Source: Negaprion brevirostris (lineage: Eukaryota). Taken from it: a stretch of DNA of 64,000 nt. Positions 26,547 to 38,516 of the stretch are shown here, piece by piece. The stretch spans positions 36,418,969 to 36,482,968 of the forward strand of contig JARDVH010000193.1 of NCBI GenBank assembly GCA_030324005.1, given 5' to 3'. The position numbers were made by a program, and so were the translations under genes. The first letter of the stretch is position 1, and the number at the start of each line of letters is the position of its first letter. Under the pieces are notes generated by a model. That model saw only the letters and a list, made by a program, of their open reading frames with translations, did no database searches and was not told where the DNA came from.

Positions 26547-27487
26547 AGAAGAGAGAAAAAGCAAAGCCGCCAACCCAGAAAAATGACCAAAGCTCTTATG
26601 TCTGAGCTTGAGAAGTCACTGGGCAAGAAACAGTCATTCATACTGTTCCCCTTCATGAATCTTGCCCTGGATGAATCTGTCGAGATTGCAGCAAATAACA
26701 TGGGCATGGTGGTTATCAGAGAGAACAGAAATATCATGCCAGAAATGTTAGAAAGAATATACTGAAGACAGCTGTAGTCCTGAAACATAGAAGGAACATT
26801 CTGAAGCCGAGAATGTTTGTCCTTTCGCAAGATGGCAACTGGTTCATTTGTTAATGAAGTGCAACCTGCCATTTTTGTGAACATGTTATTATTTGTACTT
26901 CTGAGACCTAAATACACTTCTGCGTGAAAAAAGACTAATGGCACCCCCTACAAAACAACAGTATTGTTTAATGGTTTGCGACAATTTAAAAACTGACTAC
27001 ACGTGCCTTGAATTCACTAGTTCGTATAGCATGCTCTGAACATCTCCAGTAAGTTAGAACTATGGATAGTCTTTGCAGGTTTTTTATTCTCATTGAATAA
27101 GCAATTGTTTTACTTTAAAAACAAAATGGCATTGGTCTGTCAAGTTCATCAACTTCCACAGAGAAGAACATATAGAGTGCCATTATGTGAAGAAAACTGA
27201 GTGTGCGGCTTAGATCCTTGAGAACTATGTTTGTAATCTTAAACATCCTTGGCAGGGAGAGTCACCAAACAAAAAATAGGTCTTTCCCCATATAAGGCAA
27301 GAGTCATCCTAGGTCAAGTACCTGCATATTTCATTGTGGTCAGCTTCATAATCGAAACATGGAAGTCTGGGAGCAGGCCACTCATCCACCCATTTTATTC
27401 TATTATGCGGAAATAAGGGAGAAAAATCAAGGAATGGGTTGTGGTATTGTGGGGAATGGGGAATGATAAAACAAACAATAAGATTTG

Positions 27488-27574
27488 AGGCAAGATTTTC
27501 TGCCCACGCTCGCCCTAAGGCTGGAAATTCCCACCCAAGGTCAAACTGGCAGGCGGGACAGGAAAATTCTGACC
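27488..27574. mobile_element. Short palindromic MITE
   Basis: aggcaagattttc ... gaaaattctgacc, flanked by TTG/TTG. Confidence 0.65.
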
Positions 27575-29874
27575 TTGGAGTCTTATCAAAAATGGTAAAT
27601 AACTCCAGTGTTTCAACAATTGAATCAAACCTCCACAAGCACTCCAAAAAAGCTGATGCACCCCAATTCCATCTCCCTAAAGGATATAAGAATAGGATGG
27701 ATATCACAAACCTCAAATGTAGGAAGCTTTCTTTCTCCAAATGAAGAGAGTATAAGCTAAACCCAAAAAACAGATTGCAGAAGTTCACATTGCAAAACAA
27801 ACATGTGGAAATCAGGATGGGTAATGTGGCTCCAAGACTTTGCAGATTACAAAATTGGTTAACACATCTTTTTATATATCATCCATAACTACCACCATTC
27901 CCAATGCAGATTCAATGAAAGTTACGATCCATTTATGAGCATAATCAGTAAGTTATTTGATAAATCTTTCACGCAGATGTTTGCCAGATGTTTAGTGAGG
28001 AAATGTTGGCCTAAAGTCTGAGTGCTTATGCCTGAGGTGATAAAGTTAAAGGTATTTTTGCATTAATTTGCCAGTGATAAGATACACACATACGTCTGCA
28101 ATTTAGTTTTACTGAAATTGTGCACTGACAACTTTATTATATCAGTCCTTTTATAAAGCAATGAAGTAAAAAAATTGCAAGCACAACAAATCATCCAAGA
28201 TTTCTGCACCTGATAGCTAGCCAGTATTCCAGTTTGAAACTGTAATATGTGCTTCAGAATAAATTTGGCCTTGGGTCTAATGTCCTCATTGTCAAAAGAC
28301 TCAACAATATTCAGTACTTGCAGTCACACATCAAAATACTGAGCATGGCAGGGAAACATACAATAGCATCCAAGCATGAAGCTACACCTTCAGGTGACAA
28401 AGGCAAAAAGCTGTTGGGGAAAAAAACAGAAGGGTGACAACAGAGCAGAATACCATTAACATACAGTGACCTGGGGCCAGATTTTCACAGAGAAGGTGGC
28501 TAGATAGAGTCGGGAAACTCCCCGACTTGGCAATCTCCTCTCCTTCAAAACAGCCTCCCCGCACCATATTTTCATTTTGGAAAAGCAGAGACAGGGTGGG
28601 TTCAGGCCTCCTATCTCCAGCAGCGCGGGTGGATGATCAGGCAGACAGATTAGAGTACTCACCTCTATTTACTGGGACACTGACCTAGTGTTAAGAATGA
28701 ATGTCAGGCTCCTCCTCCCTGTCGGCATAACCCCACGCATTTACCTCACTAATTACCCCAACCAACACATCTTGAGACACTAAGGGGTAATTAAGCATAC
28801 CAATCCATCTAACCTACACATATTTGTGGCTGTAGAGTATACACTGATGCACAGAAATGGCATTCATCCACCTCACCTATCCTCTATGTTCCCATACTTC
28901 CCATGTCACCTCCAAGTCCTTGACACACCAATGCCACTTCTATGCCCCCAGTGTATCCTCCATAGCCATAAAGATGTGCAGGTTAGATAAATTGACATGA
29001 TAAATTGCCCCTTAGTGTCCTCAGATGTATAGGTTGGGGAATTAGTGGGACAAATGCATGGGGTTTTGCGGATAGGGAGGAGAATGGGCCTAGATAAGAT
29101 CATCTGTCTGAGAATCAGTGCAGACTCAATGAGATGTATGGCCTCCTTCTGCACTGAAGGGATTCTATGATTCAGCAAATATCCAGTATGGACAGACATC
29201 AGGATATCTTTGAAGCAGTCATCAAAAGAAACTTCTAACAAACTAACAGAGTTGTCATATTCAAAGACATTTTGCGCTGAAAAATTCTCATCCATAAAAC
29301 CAATTCAAAATGTAAATCCACTCAAGTGGTCAATCTGTTGTAAAAACAAACATTTAACCACTTATAACATCAAGGACAGACAGTCCTATAATTACCTCTT
29401 AAAACTATAAAAATGTGAAGACAGCCACCACCCCCCACCTGCCCCAAAATAAGCAGTTCTGGCCTTTTGAAACTCATCCAGGCGTTCACATCAATCAAAA
29501 AAATCCCAAAAAATGCCAGCAAAGGAGTCATTTTCAAAGTAAACGGCCTGCAAATCAATGTAGTGTAAAATAAATTTTGAAAATAGAAAGCTGGTAGCAG
29601 TAAACATGCCAATGGAACTGTCAGGTTGTCATAAAATTCCAATTGGTTCACTTAACATCCTTCAGGAAAGGCGATCTCCCATCCTTATCCAGTCTAGCCT
29701 ATAAACACTGCCAGTTTTACACCAATATTGACATTTAACTCCCCTCTGGAGTGTGTTGTGATCACATCGTATATCTATACAGCTTACTGGAAGCTGAATA
29801 CATTGGGTGGAATTGTACTGCCCGTCCACCACAGGAATTGTAGTGTGCAGGACCCAAATCATGCAAAGGTGACT

Positions 29875-30240
29875 TGGTTTGATTTGATTAATGTCACATG
29901 TATTAGTTTACAGTGAAAAGTATTGTTTCTTGCACGCTATGCAGACAAAGCATACCATTCATAGAGAAGGAAATGAGAGAGTGCAGAAAGTAGTGTTACA
30001 GTCATAGCTAGGGTGTAGAGAAAGATCGACTTCATGCAAGGTAGGTCCATTCAAAAGTCTGATGGCAGCAGGGCGGAAGCTGCTCTTCAGCCGGTTGGTG
30101 CGTGATCTCAGACTTTTGTATCGTTTTCCCGACGGAAAATGGTGGAAGAGAGAATGTCTGGGTTGCGCAAGGTCCTTACTGACTCTAGCTGCTTTGCCGA
30201 GGCAGCAGGAAATGTAGACAGAGACAATGGATGGGAGGCC
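29875..30240 (-). mobile_element. Rex1/Babar-type LINE 3' end
   Basis: Minus ORF HSLFHHFPSGKRYKSLRSRTNRLKSSFRPAAIRLLN followed by a 3'UTR ending atgtgacattaatcaaatcaa. Confidence 0.8.
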
Positions 30241-30246
30241 AACCTC

Positions 30247-30295
30247 GGGCAGGATTTTCTGGTCTTGGGGCAAGTGCAGCTGGAAAATCCCGCCC
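30247..30295. mobile_element. Minimal 49-bp MITE
   Basis: gggcaggattttc ... gaaaatcccgccc. Confidence 0.6.
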
Positions 30296-31121
30296 ATTAT
30301 CTTTAATTAAGCAGTCTGGATTATGGATACTGCACCTTGACACAGGGGACTAGTGACATATGTTTTGGTTTCTATACAGACAGGAATTAACGCTATGCCT
30401 CCACGTATGTCTGGAATGTCATTAAAATGTAAATGTCCTTCTCAAGTACCGATGACTACCTTTTCCATTTCAATAGAACATTAGGTTTGCTGGCCCCATG
30501 TAGATGGGATTTCAAATAAAGGCATTCAAGATGCTAATCACAGCTGGATTGTTGATGGGATATCAATCAACCATTTTGTGTCAATTATATCTGCTGTCAA
30601 CTCATTGCGCTGGCAATGGAATGTAGCAATACTATTGTCACGTGATCGAAACAGACTGGAATGGACAATATCCTATTAGTCCACAAGGACTGGCCAGGGC
30701 AGGTCCGTCAGGAATACCCTGAAGGGAGGACTCTGCTTAAAAAGTTACCTTAGAATTGGGGTTTATGAGTTATTACCAGTAAGATTAGTTAAATAGGATT
30801 AATTTTTCACTAAATGGGCTCAACCAACTTTGACTGGAAAGCCAGGAGTGTGTTTTTGGAGTAAATTCATGTGAACTCATCGCCTGAAACTTCCAACCTT
30901 ATTTTTCTCCAATGCATCCTTCAGGCCTGCAATGCTTCAACTACTGCTTGGTGAGTGATTATAAGTAAGGCAATTAAATACATGTTGCATCTTTAGAAAT
31001 CATTTTCCTTGTGTGTGTGAGAAGTGGGTGGTTGTTGCAATTACATGTCATGTGTTGTGCAAAATAAACATTTATCCTTTTCTTTTATTTGAACTTACAA
31101 GAAAGTTTGCTTCATATCTGT

Positions 31122-31308
31122 TAGAATCATAGAAACCGTACAGTGCAGAAAGAGGCCATTTGGCCCATCAAGTCTGCACCAACCACAATCCCACCCAGGC
31201 CTATCCTCATATCCCTACATATTTACCCACTCGTCCCTCTAACCTATGCATCCCGGGACACTAAGGGACAGTTTAGAATGGCCAATCAACCTAGGCCGCA
31301 CATCTTTG
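31122..31308 (-). mobile_element. HE1-type SINE 3' half
   Basis: tagaatcatagaaaccgtacagtgcagaaagaggccatttggccc...gacactaagggacagtttagaatggccaatcaacct. Confidence 0.82.
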
Positions 31309-31786
31309 AGTGTTCTTTAATGTCACAGCACTCAAAGGGTTAACATGCTCCATCTTAAAAATATTTCTTATTATGAACAGTCAGGAGGTGAGAAAAAGGG
31401 GAAATTTTTACACATCTCTCCCTGTCCATATCAAGTAGCCTAGAAAGCCACTCAGTAGTATCAAAACTTTAAGAAGGCAACTTTCTTGGAGAAAGCTGTG
31501 GATCGGCAATAAATGTGGGCCTCATCAAAAACACAGACAAAACCTGAAAGATTTAAAGTGTAATTGCTAGAAATGACCATATTCTTGATTATTTTTAAGG
31601 CTTTAATCCATTCCCTACCAAAGTTATGGAATGGAAATGGCAAACACTGTGGCACTTCAGGGATTAAAAACACCATGTTTAAGTATAACTACAAAGTCAT
31701 AGAAAGATTAAATAACCAGAAACTTTACTTTCTCATGCAAAATTTCAGCTGTTAGATCAATTAACCTCATTAGAAAAATGAATGTA

Positions 31787-31918
31787 TAACCAGAATTTTA
31801 CCACTCCACCCGCCACAGGAATCAGAGCAGGTGAGGGGCGGACAATGGACAGTCCTGTCTCTTGATCTCAGGTGCGATTTTACAGTTTTGGGACAAATGA
31901 GGCCATAAAATCCCACCC
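31787..31918. mobile_element. Short palindromic MITE
   Basis: ccagaattttac ... ataaaatcccaccc. Confidence 0.5.
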
Positions 31919-33619
31919 ACGATGCTTGTTTTTCCAGAAGTGCAAAAACACAAAACATGCTTCCTCAAGTGGTTAAAGAAAGTCTGTGATACACCAATCT
32001 GGGGAACTTTTGGCCCATTCAGTATCTGAATCACTTCCATTTTATCAACAAAAGTTTAGAAAACTTCTTTAGTGGTGATGTTTCCATTATTCCTATAGAT
32101 TTTGCCAGATTGCTGCTAAAGCCTTTGATCATCACTAAAACATTGTGAATCACAAAACTTCAGCATCAATACCCAAGGCAGATGATTTTCACACCTAAAT
32201 GAAATCACACTGATTGTCATAAGTACTTGAACCCATCACCTGATCATGCAAAAAGGACTCTGAACATCACAGAATTGAGTTTTTCAGCTTTATCCAAACA
32301 GTACAATGCTTAAAGGAACAAAACTAGACTTTTGCAATCCATTTAAATATGAAATTTATTTAACTTGTTTATTTCATAGAGACAACTAGCATTCAAAATG
32401 ATAGAAAAGGGATTTGTGTTTGGAAACCTTACTCTCTTAAACATTCCCTTTTATTATTGAATTATGGTTGACTGTACTGCTAAAGAATCTATGTGCACAC
32501 AGGCAAAAGATATATTAAACAACGTCCTAGAGTTTTCAGAAAACAAAGACAAGCTGGCATTCTGGAATGTTTTCTTTTCCACAAAGTTATGGAGCACCAT
32601 TGAATATTGAAGGCAAATGGAATGTGACTTTCGTTTCATGTCACTCCCACATTAGAAATGAGACTTTGGCTAGTGTGCTGTCAACTACACGAAAATAAAT
32701 AATGCTGCTTGGGACCATTCAGTCATGTTTCCTGTTGTGAAGTGGGACCAAGGAGAAGTAATTATTTAGAAAAATATTTTCTTAACAGTTTCTCATCCTG
32801 GTAAATAATCACTTCCCCTCGGTCTCCTGTAACATCAGGGAACATTAGTGGGTGGTCCCCCATCACCTACAGCACAAATCTATTTTTCTGCTGCAGTGAG
32901 CAGACTAGCCGTAGCATTCCTGGTAAATTCTTCATTACTATAATGGCAATCACATTGATTTCCACCCTCCAATTCCTCTTGTAATAACTTTATGCTAACT
33001 ATGATGTCCTTCTTCGTATAATAGCTGGAACAATTGTGTCCCATAATGGTGGAAAAAATAATACAAACTGAATAGTATAGCACATTTCCAAAGTGTCTAC
33101 CAAAAACCTTGAGTGAGGGCAAGAGATGGTAAATTAAGCTGTTTTATTGATCCTTCAACACATCCAAGTGGCCATTCTTCACTTTAGTCAAGTGAATTTC
33201 AACCATCAAATAGCCTAGAAAGAATAGATTGCAGCTATATAGAGACTGAAAACATCTTGTCAAAGAACATAACATAAGAAATAGGAGCAGGAGTAGGCCA
33301 TCCAGCCCTTCGAGCCTGCCCCGCCATTCAATAAGATCANNNNNNNNNNNNNNNNNNNNNNNNNNNNNNNNNNNNNNNNNNNNNNNNNNNNNNNNNNNNN
33401 NNNNNNNNNNNNNNNNNNNNNNNNNNNNNNNNNNNNNNNCTTATTTAAGCAGGTTTTTAACAGGTAATTTCTTATCTGTCTCTCTGCTCCTTCACTCGTC
33501 TGCTCCAGCACACACACCTTAGTCATTTTTCATTCATAGTTATGGCCAGTCCCAAAAAGTTAATACATACACGAGGTTGACAGCAAACAGATAGCAAGTG
33601 GGCAGGACCACCTTCACAA

Positions 33620-34385
33620 GTGGTAACATTTACCATATGTGATAATGGCTATGAAGCCTTTGAACATGTTGCTGCCTCTGAATTGTCTGTCCAACTTTCC
33701 ACCCTGCCACAGCACAGAAACAGCTCTCAGCATTTCATCCTACATGTTTGCTGTACATTTGGATTGCCCAGGCATGGCAAAGCACACCATCCTCGTCCAA
33801 TACCTCATGTATCAGTCATCCAGTTTGATGGGGTTGCCCTTGCCTTGAAGCATCCTTGCTGATCCAGTCACAGCCATAGAATCTCTGCAGTGGTTTCTCT
33901 TCCCTACCCTGCACCATTACATATGGAGTTCCCCCAAAGATCTGTCTTTGAAACCTCTGTATTTCTCATCTACATGCTGCCCCTCAGCAACATTATTCCA
34001 ACCCAAATTCAATGATAAAAGGGAATGTTTAAGAGAATAAGATTTCCAAGCACAAATCTCTTTTCTATTATTTTGAATGCTGGTTGTCCATATCAAATAA
34101 ATAATTTAAATAAATATGTTTAAATGGATTGCAAAAGTTTGGTTTTCTTTATTTAAGCGTTGCACTTCTTGGATAAAACTGATGTTTCACATTCATGTTA
34201 CCAAATTCTACCTCATCACCACCCCTCTCATCTGTTCCACTGCCTCAAGTTTGTTTGACTACCAGTTTTGGGTAAGTTGAAATGTTCTCCATTTAACTAT
34301 TGGAATTGCAAACACCTTAACCATCAGTCCTGACCACAACTTGTATTCCTATTTCATCCCCTTACCCATTTTGGTCTAAATCAGG
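33620..34385 (+). mobile_element. L2-clade RT fragment interrupted at 33999-34182 by an inverted copy of local sequence
   Basis: CHSTETAL, ggagttcccccaaagatc (GVPQGS-like) and tacatgctgcccctcagcaacattatt (YMLPLSNII); homology resumes after 34183 with tttcacatt...ctacctcatcaccacc. Confidence 0.7.
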
Positions 34386-35329
34386 ATATCAAACCTGAAG
34401 CCTTATTTATGTGCATGGCAGGACTCAAGGTGCCACCTATTTAGCAACCAAGCTATTGAGGAAATTAACCACTCCCATTTCCTCTCCGATTGCATACTTC
34501 AGGGACGGCGAATGGTGATCTCAGAGTTACTGGGAGTGGGGGAGGTGGGCTGGTTCTCAAGCAGAGGATCCCTGAGCACTCACCCTTTCTTCCAAGTATT
34601 AAGGCGAAGACAAATAAAAAGCAATTTTGCAAATTAAGACAAACTATAATAGAATCTCATCGGAAGAGTCATACAGTATGTGAGTAATTTGTAGAGAATG
34701 CAGTATTGCACCAAGTCATATTCTGAAGAATGCTGTGAATAGATGCTTAGGATGTGGACTGATTTCTTCAGTTCTGCACAATGTGTTTGGTACATGGAAT
34801 GGAATAGTCCTTAAATACTGTAAATAGTGACTGTCACAGTTTAATTTACATTTTAGAAATAAATACTGGCTTAACAATATTTTCTGCCAGAAATTCATAG
34901 AAAATATCATGAATTATGTCATTTCATTGCTACACATTTCAGTGGACAACCTGTCTATCTGCACCTGAAATTCCTGAAAACACAGTTCATTTGACACAGC
35001 TGCTATAAGTTGGGATGGTGTTGGTTCAGAACATGGCTGTTAAAGAAGTCTTCAAAGTCTTCTTATTGCAAACACAAGACTTTATTAACAACTTGCAACA
35101 ATATACAAATATACATTAAGAGCACACATAAGGTGCTATCTCCATCTTGGGTCTTAACTCATCTCTGGTCAGAACCACACAGACCTTAGGCCTGAGTCAT
35201 GTGCCTTCTGATGTCACTGTGTGGGTGGTGCTGTGTTCAGTCTCACAATAAACTTGTAGAGAGCAGAACATTCTACTTCAATTGAGTACTGCATAGAACT
35301 GAACTAGGCCCCTGGAGGTGATGAAAAGG

Positions 35330-36100
35330 TCACAGTTCCGGATTGTAGTAGAGTTGTGAAGATTCTGCAGATCTTAAAAAATTACAAATAGTGGTGGGAC
35401 CTAGATGCCTAGATGGCTTACCCCCATCTCTGACAGATACAAATGTTGCTGGCCGGGGAAGGGGCCAGAGGCATTACTCACACAAGCGGGAAACACAAAC
35501 TCAGCACCAACTTCAAATGACCCTTCTGAGTTCAAACAGTCCATCATTCTGGCTGCTAGACGGGCCTTAACCCATGGTGTAGGAGAGACAAATTGACGGA
35601 GTAGATGTACACACTTGAAGGACGGATAATGTCTATATAACTGTTGTGTTCTGAAGTCTTTAAATCCCTTGCTCTTTAAATATTAAATAAACAGGTTGAA
35701 ACTGTCACTGAGAATTTTAAGAAAATCCTCTGCTGGACTATTTTGATTGACAGATTAGAAAAGAATTGTNNNNNNNNNNNNNNNNNNNNNNNNNNNNNNN
35801 NNNNNNNNNNNNNNNNNNNNNNNNNNNNNNNNNNNNNNNNNNNNNNNNNNNNNNNNNNNNNNNNNNNNNCTTCTGAAACAACTGGATGGAGTCCCAAGGA
35901 ATCAAGGTAGGCCTCCTAATCAACTCACCTAGCACTTGTCTGTCCCCATGGCTGCCTACGTTCTGCTTCTTGAGGTTGGCAAACTTGATTCCATCGGAAG
36001 CAAAAATTGTGCATTTCATAGCCTTTTTACCAAGGCAGGTCTGGTGAGTCAGGAAATTTCCTGACTCAAGCTACCCGCCTCTGCAGTCAAAATTCAGCTC
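35330..36100 (+). mobile_element. TIR-type element homologous to 16506-17650 (contains a gap)
   Basis: aaacaggttgaaactgtca...ctctgctgg...tttgattgacag and aggtaggcctcctaatcaactcacct match the 16.5-17.6 kb copy. Confidence 0.55.
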
Positions 36101-36214
36101 AGAGTGTCCATTGGTGGCCTTCAGCTTAAGAACCTATTTAAGAACTTTATGTAACTTTCCATAGGGCACCTATATAGAATAACTTCCACTTTCAATCAGC
36201 TTCTTAGATTCTTG

Positions 36215-37255
36215 GGCTGCGATTCCCCATCCCAACCTGCAACTTTTCTGGCGGGTCGCGGTGGGAGATGCGTGTTGCTGGCCTTGTTCCACAATTTGCA
36301 CATGCACCCGGAACGCATGCGCATCTCCTAGAGCCAGCGAACAGTCACCAGCCAGACCACACTGGAAACCGGCAGTAAGGCAGGTAAGTAATTTGAATTT
36401 TTTTAAAATATATTTTAATTGTGCTTTGAATGTGATGATCAGGAACTTACCGGTCCAGATTGAATCTCCCACCCCGCCAGGAGTACTTCATTCCGGCGAG
36501 GTTTAGAGTAGCTCCTCACATTTGGGGAACTAACAAGAAAGCCTACCGGAATGAAGGGGAGGCATTTGGTAGGAGGTAGGCATTCCCCAGGAGGTAGGGT
36601 TATTGGGGGGGTGCTCCCTGGGCATGTGCCCTTTAGCACTGCCCAAGGGGGAAAGTACCCATGCTCAGGGGGTACCTCGGCACTGCCATCAGGCATCAGG
36701 CAGTACCAGAGGGGTGAGGCTTATTGTGGGCAGAGCCAATTGCGGGTAGGACCTGGGAGGCAATTGGTGGGGGTCGGGAGTCCCACTGCCACTCTGCATG
36801 GGGATCAGTCTGGGCTGGAGGGAGGCCAGAGGTTGGGGCGGGCTGGGGAGAGTGGTCTGCCATTGGGGGGCAGGGTCTGCTGGGGTGAGAGGGGGGATGG
36901 AGTGGGCTGGACATCAGGGCATTCTGGGGCAAGGGGGTCAGGGCTGGTCCGGGAATTGTTGTGGGGGCCATGATTGGGCAATGGAGAAGGCTGGAGGGGC
37001 AGCACTGCGGGGGTCCTGGGCTGACCAGCGATTGAGCAGACTAACAGATCAGGACGACTGTGCCCGTGCAGAATTCCAGAGCTGTCAGACTCTGGCGTGA
37101 ATAGGCCCTGATCCTCCTGGGTTTTTAGTGAGATTCACGATTGGGACCTTTGCATTGCAGAGTGGGGAGATTCGAGTGAGAAGTTGAACTGACAAAACAG
37201 TTGGGATCTAGAACAGTTTTCCTGCTGGTTCAGTGGTTTTGGGAGAATCGCAGAC
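36215..37255. mobile_element. ~1-kb GC-rich non-autonomous TIR element (PIF/Harbinger-like)
   Basis: TIRs ggctgcgattcccca / tgggagaatcgcagac, flanked by TTG on both sides (36212-36214 and 37256-37258). Confidence 0.7.
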
Positions 37256-38099
37256 TTGATTTGCACTCTAAAGCCGTAGCATTCTTTTTGTCACATGTAC
37301 CAGGTGATGTGCATTATATGTAATTTCTCTTAAAAATATTGCATCAAACAATTTAAACATTCATTATTTAACTGGAGTCAGAACGGATAAGAAAGATCTC
37401 GATTTGCATTGGAAAACATAAGTTTTTTCAGAGGAGGAGAAAGATTAACTAATTAGACTTTAGAATTTGAAAATGTGCATTTAAGAAGTTCCCCTTTTCC
37501 TTAATAAACAATGACATCTCAAGCACAAACAGCTAGATGAAAATATGCTTTGTAGTAAAAACATATGGAAAAGCATTTTACTTCGGTAATGAGAAATGAG
37601 AGAGTTTAATCCAAGGGTAGAGAGGTGAATTAAACTTCAATTGCGTGTAAGAAAGAGGGCTAGAGCTGGCTCAAAAGAGTCACTTCGCTAGATTCTTATG
37701 GACACATTATTTTCTACAAGGACCCCCACTTCACTGTGACAACAGCAAGATTAATGCATTGAAGCTGAGAGACAAGTGCCCATGAAATAGGCAGAATGAA
37801 GGGTTTGGACCTTGGCTGGAGCCCAGCTTCACTCAGCCACCCAGTTTTACTTTTCCTAAAATATACAGGACACCAGAAAATAATTCATCATAATCAATAA
37901 AATCACCACTTAGGAGCTAAATATTTTTCATAAAAGCTGCCCAAATAAATTAGTTAATGGTGTTATAGAATTCCAAAACTCTCTTTCCTATAATTATGAT
38001 TAAAACCATTGAATAAACCATTGAATTCCTACAGGGCAGAAAGAGGCCATCCAGCCCATCAAGTCTGCACTGACTCTCTGAAAGGGCACCTTACCCTTT

Positions 38100-38285
38100 G
38101 AGTTTCAATGGCTGTCTGGATTATGGGAAATGTCTCCTGTGGGTGATTTGTCTGTTTTTCACCTTCACCTCGGAGTGTGGCCATGCATTTTAAGCAGTCT
38201 ACTCCATCTCAGTTCAAATAGCAAAATTTTCAGTCAGTTGAAAGTTGAAAAATCAAATTTTCAAAAATAATGGGGCATTGCTTAA
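38100..38285 (+). repeat. Dispersed repeat, copy of 250-450
   Basis: See 250-450. Confidence 0.8.
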
Positions 38286-38438
38286 TAGTACTTGTCCCCA
38301 CTATTCACCAATTCCAGGTGCTAGTTATCATTATGTCTCTGCATTTTTTACAACTTACAAATTACAAACATAATTTGTTTTTAGTAAATTGAACATTTAT
38401 GAGCCATCACTATTTGCATACATTTACAATTTAAACAG

Positions 38439-38516
38439 GTGATGAAGGAGCTTGAGACCCCGAAAGCAAGTGCTGTCAAAAAAACCTGTTGGACTTTAAC
38501 CTGGTGTTGTGAGACT
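38439..38516 (+). mobile_element. Penelope-type terminal repeat, 5'-truncated within the hammerhead core and fused to a SINE fragment
   Basis: gTGATGA aggagcttgagacccc GAAA gc aa gtg...aaacctgttggactttaacctggtgttgtgagac. Confidence 0.6.

Noticed and set aside
26438-26944. 168-aa minus-strand ORF with hydrophobic stretches
   Set aside because: No recognisable domain, runs into a MITE, and has no convincing splice context. The unique part may be non-coding regulatory DNA.
27309-27800. 163-aa minus-strand ORF
   Set aside because: Crosses a MITE and has no domain similarity; a chance ORF.
36170-37100. Cluster of overlapping Gly/Pro-rich ORFs
   Set aside because: By-product of the GC-rich, stop-poor interior of a TIR element.
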